From an archaeon (lineage in GTDB: Archaea > Iainarchaeota > Iainarchaeia > Iainarchaeales > 1-14-0-10-31-34): 32,000 bases of DNA. This document shows, in pieces, positions 30,298 through 32,000 of the stretch. Position numbers and translations under genes: made by a program. The stretch covers positions 330,001 to 362,000 of the forward strand of contig JAJRVL010000004.1 of assembly GCA_024277355.1 (NCBI GenBank), read 5' to 3'. Under the pieces are notes generated by a model. The model searched no databases. It saw nothing but the letters and a program-made list of their open reading frames with translations, and was not told the DNA's origin. The stretch's first letter is position 1; every line of letters starts with the position of its first letter.

Positions 30298-31716
30298 TTA
30301 AAAAAACAAAGGCAGTGCATTTAACAAAAACAAAAATAATATTCCAATTGAAAGAATTTTCATTATTAATTTTTCTTTTTGTGTTTTTTCTGTTTTCCAG
30401 AAACCAAAATAAGAAGGAAAAATAACTCTTGCAATTCTTCCTCCATCAAACGGTTCCATTGGCAAAAAATTAATTACTGCAACTAATAAACTTAAAATAA
30501 TAAGCCATTTAAAGAAATCAAAAAACAAGTAATACCAAAAAAGATATATTTCTTCTAAAAAAGAATAAGATTTTGAGTTAACTTCTTTTACAGTAAAACC
30601 AAACTGTCCAACAGAATTAGGTTTAAGTAAAAATTCTTTTTCTTCTCCGTTTTCTTCAACCAAAAAAGAGAATTCTTCATTTAATTCTTTTCCCTGATAA
30701 GCTTTAACAAAATCACCGCTTAACTGGATTTTAACTCCATTTATTTCTTTTATTTTCATTCCTTTTTTTAATACTCCCAAAGCAGGAACATCAAATTTTT
30801 CTCCGCAAAAACTTAATTTATCTGAAACAGAAACAATTTCTATTCCTTCAATTGAATTTCTTTTAATTGATTCAATTGAAGGAGAAAAAGCCAAAGACAC
30901 TGCAATTAAAATAATAAAAAAAACAGGAATTGAAGCTAAATTAGCCATTGGTCCAGCAGCATAAACCCTTAATTGTTTCATTGGTTCAGCTTTTCTTATT
31001 TCTTTTTCATCTGGTTCAACAAAAGCACCAATTGGAAAAAAACCAAACAACAATAAACCAGAACTTTTAATTTTAAGTTTTTCTTTTCTTGCAGTAATTC
31101 CATGAAATCCTTCATGAATAACTAAAATAATTAACAAAGAAATCCAAGCATGCAATGGAACAACCAAAGGAACATTTGGAATTTCCACTCCAGGAATTAC
31201 CGGTGCAACTCCAGGACAGGCTTTTATTCCTGTTAAAGTTTTAGTTAAAATGTCAACTGCACTTATTACTAAAGAAAAAATTACAAAACCAGCAAAACCA
31301 GTTAAAGCAAAAACAAAACTTAACAAATTTAATCCATAAAAGTTTGTGTAACCTTCAGTAATAAAACTTGAAGAAGAAAAAATTCCAAAAACAAACTCAA
31401 AAACAAAATACAAAACTAAAATTGAAATTATCCATAAACCAAATCTTTTTAGTTTATTTAATTTTTTGCCGTACAAAAAATCTATTCCAATTAAACCAAA
31501 ACCTAAAATTAATCCAAGAGAAGTCAAAAAATTAATTATTTTTTCATGATGAGCAAATTTATCAAATATTGGATTAGCTTTAGTTGTTTTATACATTGAG
31601 CCAATATAATAAGTTTTAGCTGAAGTGAATTTTTTTAATAAAAAAGTAAATATAACTGAAGCAACTAAAAATAATGTTAACCAAAAAAAGAAATTTGAAG
31701 TTAATTCTTCTAACAT
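30298..31716 (-). CDS. Site-2 protease, M50 family intramembrane metalloprotease with PDZ-like insert
   Basis: HExxH within a TM helix (LVIHEGFHGITA), AAGPMANL and NFLPMEPFDGGR (NxxPxxxxDG). It has multiple TM helices and a soluble insert between the motifs. Confidence 0.88.
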   Translation of the reverse strand: MLEELTSNFFFWLTLFLVASVIFTFLLKKFTSAKTYYIGSMYKTTKANPIFDKFAHHEKIINFLTSLGLILGFGLIGIDFLYGKKLNKLKRFGLWIISILVLYFVFEFVFGIFSSSSFITEGYTNFYGLNLLSFVFALTGFAGFVIFSLVISAVDILTKTLTGIKACPGVAPVIPGVEIPNVPLVVPLHAWISLLIILVIHEGFHGITARKEKLKIKSSGLLLFGFFPIGAFVEPDEKEIRKAEPMKQLRVYAAGPMANLASIPVFFIILIAVSLAFSPSIESIKRNSIEGIEIVSVSDKLSFCGEKFDVPALGVLKKGMKIKEINGVKIQLSGDFVKAYQGKELNEEFSFLVEENGEEKEFLLKPNSVGQFGFTVKEVNSKSYSFLEEIYLFWYYLFFDFFKWLIILSLLVAVINFLPMEPFDGGRIARVIFPSYFGFWKTEKTQKEKLIMKILSIGILFLFLLNALPLFF

Positions 31717-31748
31717 AAAATCACAAAAAAAAGTATTTAATTAATTCA

Positions 31749-31792
31749 TTTTATTTTCCAAGTTTATTGCTTTTATTTTCCAAGTTTACTGT
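31749..31792. repeat. Tandem 22-nt direct repeat upstream of the M50 protease gene
   Basis: TTTTATTTTCCAAGTTTATTGC is followed by TTTTATTTTCCAAGTTTACTGT (20/22 identical). Further AT-rich direct repeats lie at 31792-31817 and 31835-31860, and TATTCAATTA occurs twice. Confidence 0.7.
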
Positions 31793-31892
31793 TTTTTAAT
31801 TTAATTAATTTATTTTATCTATTTATTTTTTTATTTTTTAATTTAATTAATTTTATTTATTCAATTATTTTTTATTTTTTTATTCAATTAAT

Positions 31893-32000
31893 TTATTGTT
31901 CTCTTAAATTTATTTCCAGTTCTTTTTCTATTTTTTTTATTATTTTATCTGATGGAGTAAATTTTTCTGATTCAATTCTATGCAGAACTGAATCTTTTTC
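31893..32000 (-). CDS. C-terminal fragment of a small HTH protein (MBF1/XRE-like)
   Basis: Own minus-strand translation to the stop at 31893-95: EKDSVLHRIESEKFTPSDKIIKKIEKELEINLREQ*. This resembles the recognition-helix and C-terminal part of archaeal MBF1-type HTH proteins. The fragment is short, so confidence is low. Confidence 0.3.
   Translation of the reverse strand, partial: EKDSVLHRIESEKFTPSDKIIKKIEKELEINLREQ

Noticed and set aside
31749-31892. CRISPR-like array
   Set aside because: There are only two to three AT-rich direct repeats with no unique spacers of regular length, no repeat palindromicity typical of CRISPR and no cas genes.
1-32000. Alternative genetic code or programmed recoding
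   Set aside because: All recognised genes are full-length under the standard code with ordinary stops. No in-frame TGA/TAG interruptions or split homologs were noticed.

Overview
This is a strongly AT-rich, gene-dense archaeal window. Supporting features are an archaeal-type TyrRS, RibL, FtsZ, BpsA, BHB-type tRNA introns, BRE/TATA-like promoters with GGAGGTGA-like RBSs, and a lysine-rich proteome. It looks most like a small-genome DPANN-type archaeon; that lineage call is inference. Housekeeping genes recognised: cysS, tyrS, ribL, guaB, ftsZ, speH plus bpsA, Hsp20, an OB-fold SSB, an M50 site-2 protease, an APC permease, an MscS channel and an M29 aminopeptidase. Three tRNA genes (Ser-GCU, Leu-CAA, Asn-GUU) all carry canonical 37/38 introns. 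Four things deserve a second look. (1) A five-gene minus-strand operon (5484-9861) encodes an MscS channel fused to a C39/papain-like cysteine peptidase, three RimK-type ATP-grasp paralogs (one degenerate) and a Zn-ribbon protein. A GCS2-like amide ligase and an M29 aminopeptidase lie nearby. Together they are a candidate peptide ligation, trimming and channel system that I cannot map to a known pathway. (2) The tRNA genes have unusual architecture. A 57-nt GC-rich leader is 100% identical upstream of two different tRNAs. A diverged third copy lies upstream of tRNA-Leu. A 24-nt leader-trailer complementarity encloses tRNA-Ser, and the introns share a palindromic promoter-like unit. (3) A 946-aa secreted protein contains 15 CGxGxC...CPxDC modules and a second five-copy Cys module. 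(4) Two tandem genes encode small secreted six-cysteine proteins. Several orphan proteins carry SPKK-like basic tails. No CRISPR array, rRNA, transposase or integrase was seen. All calls come from reading the sequence and motif memory; no searches were run.
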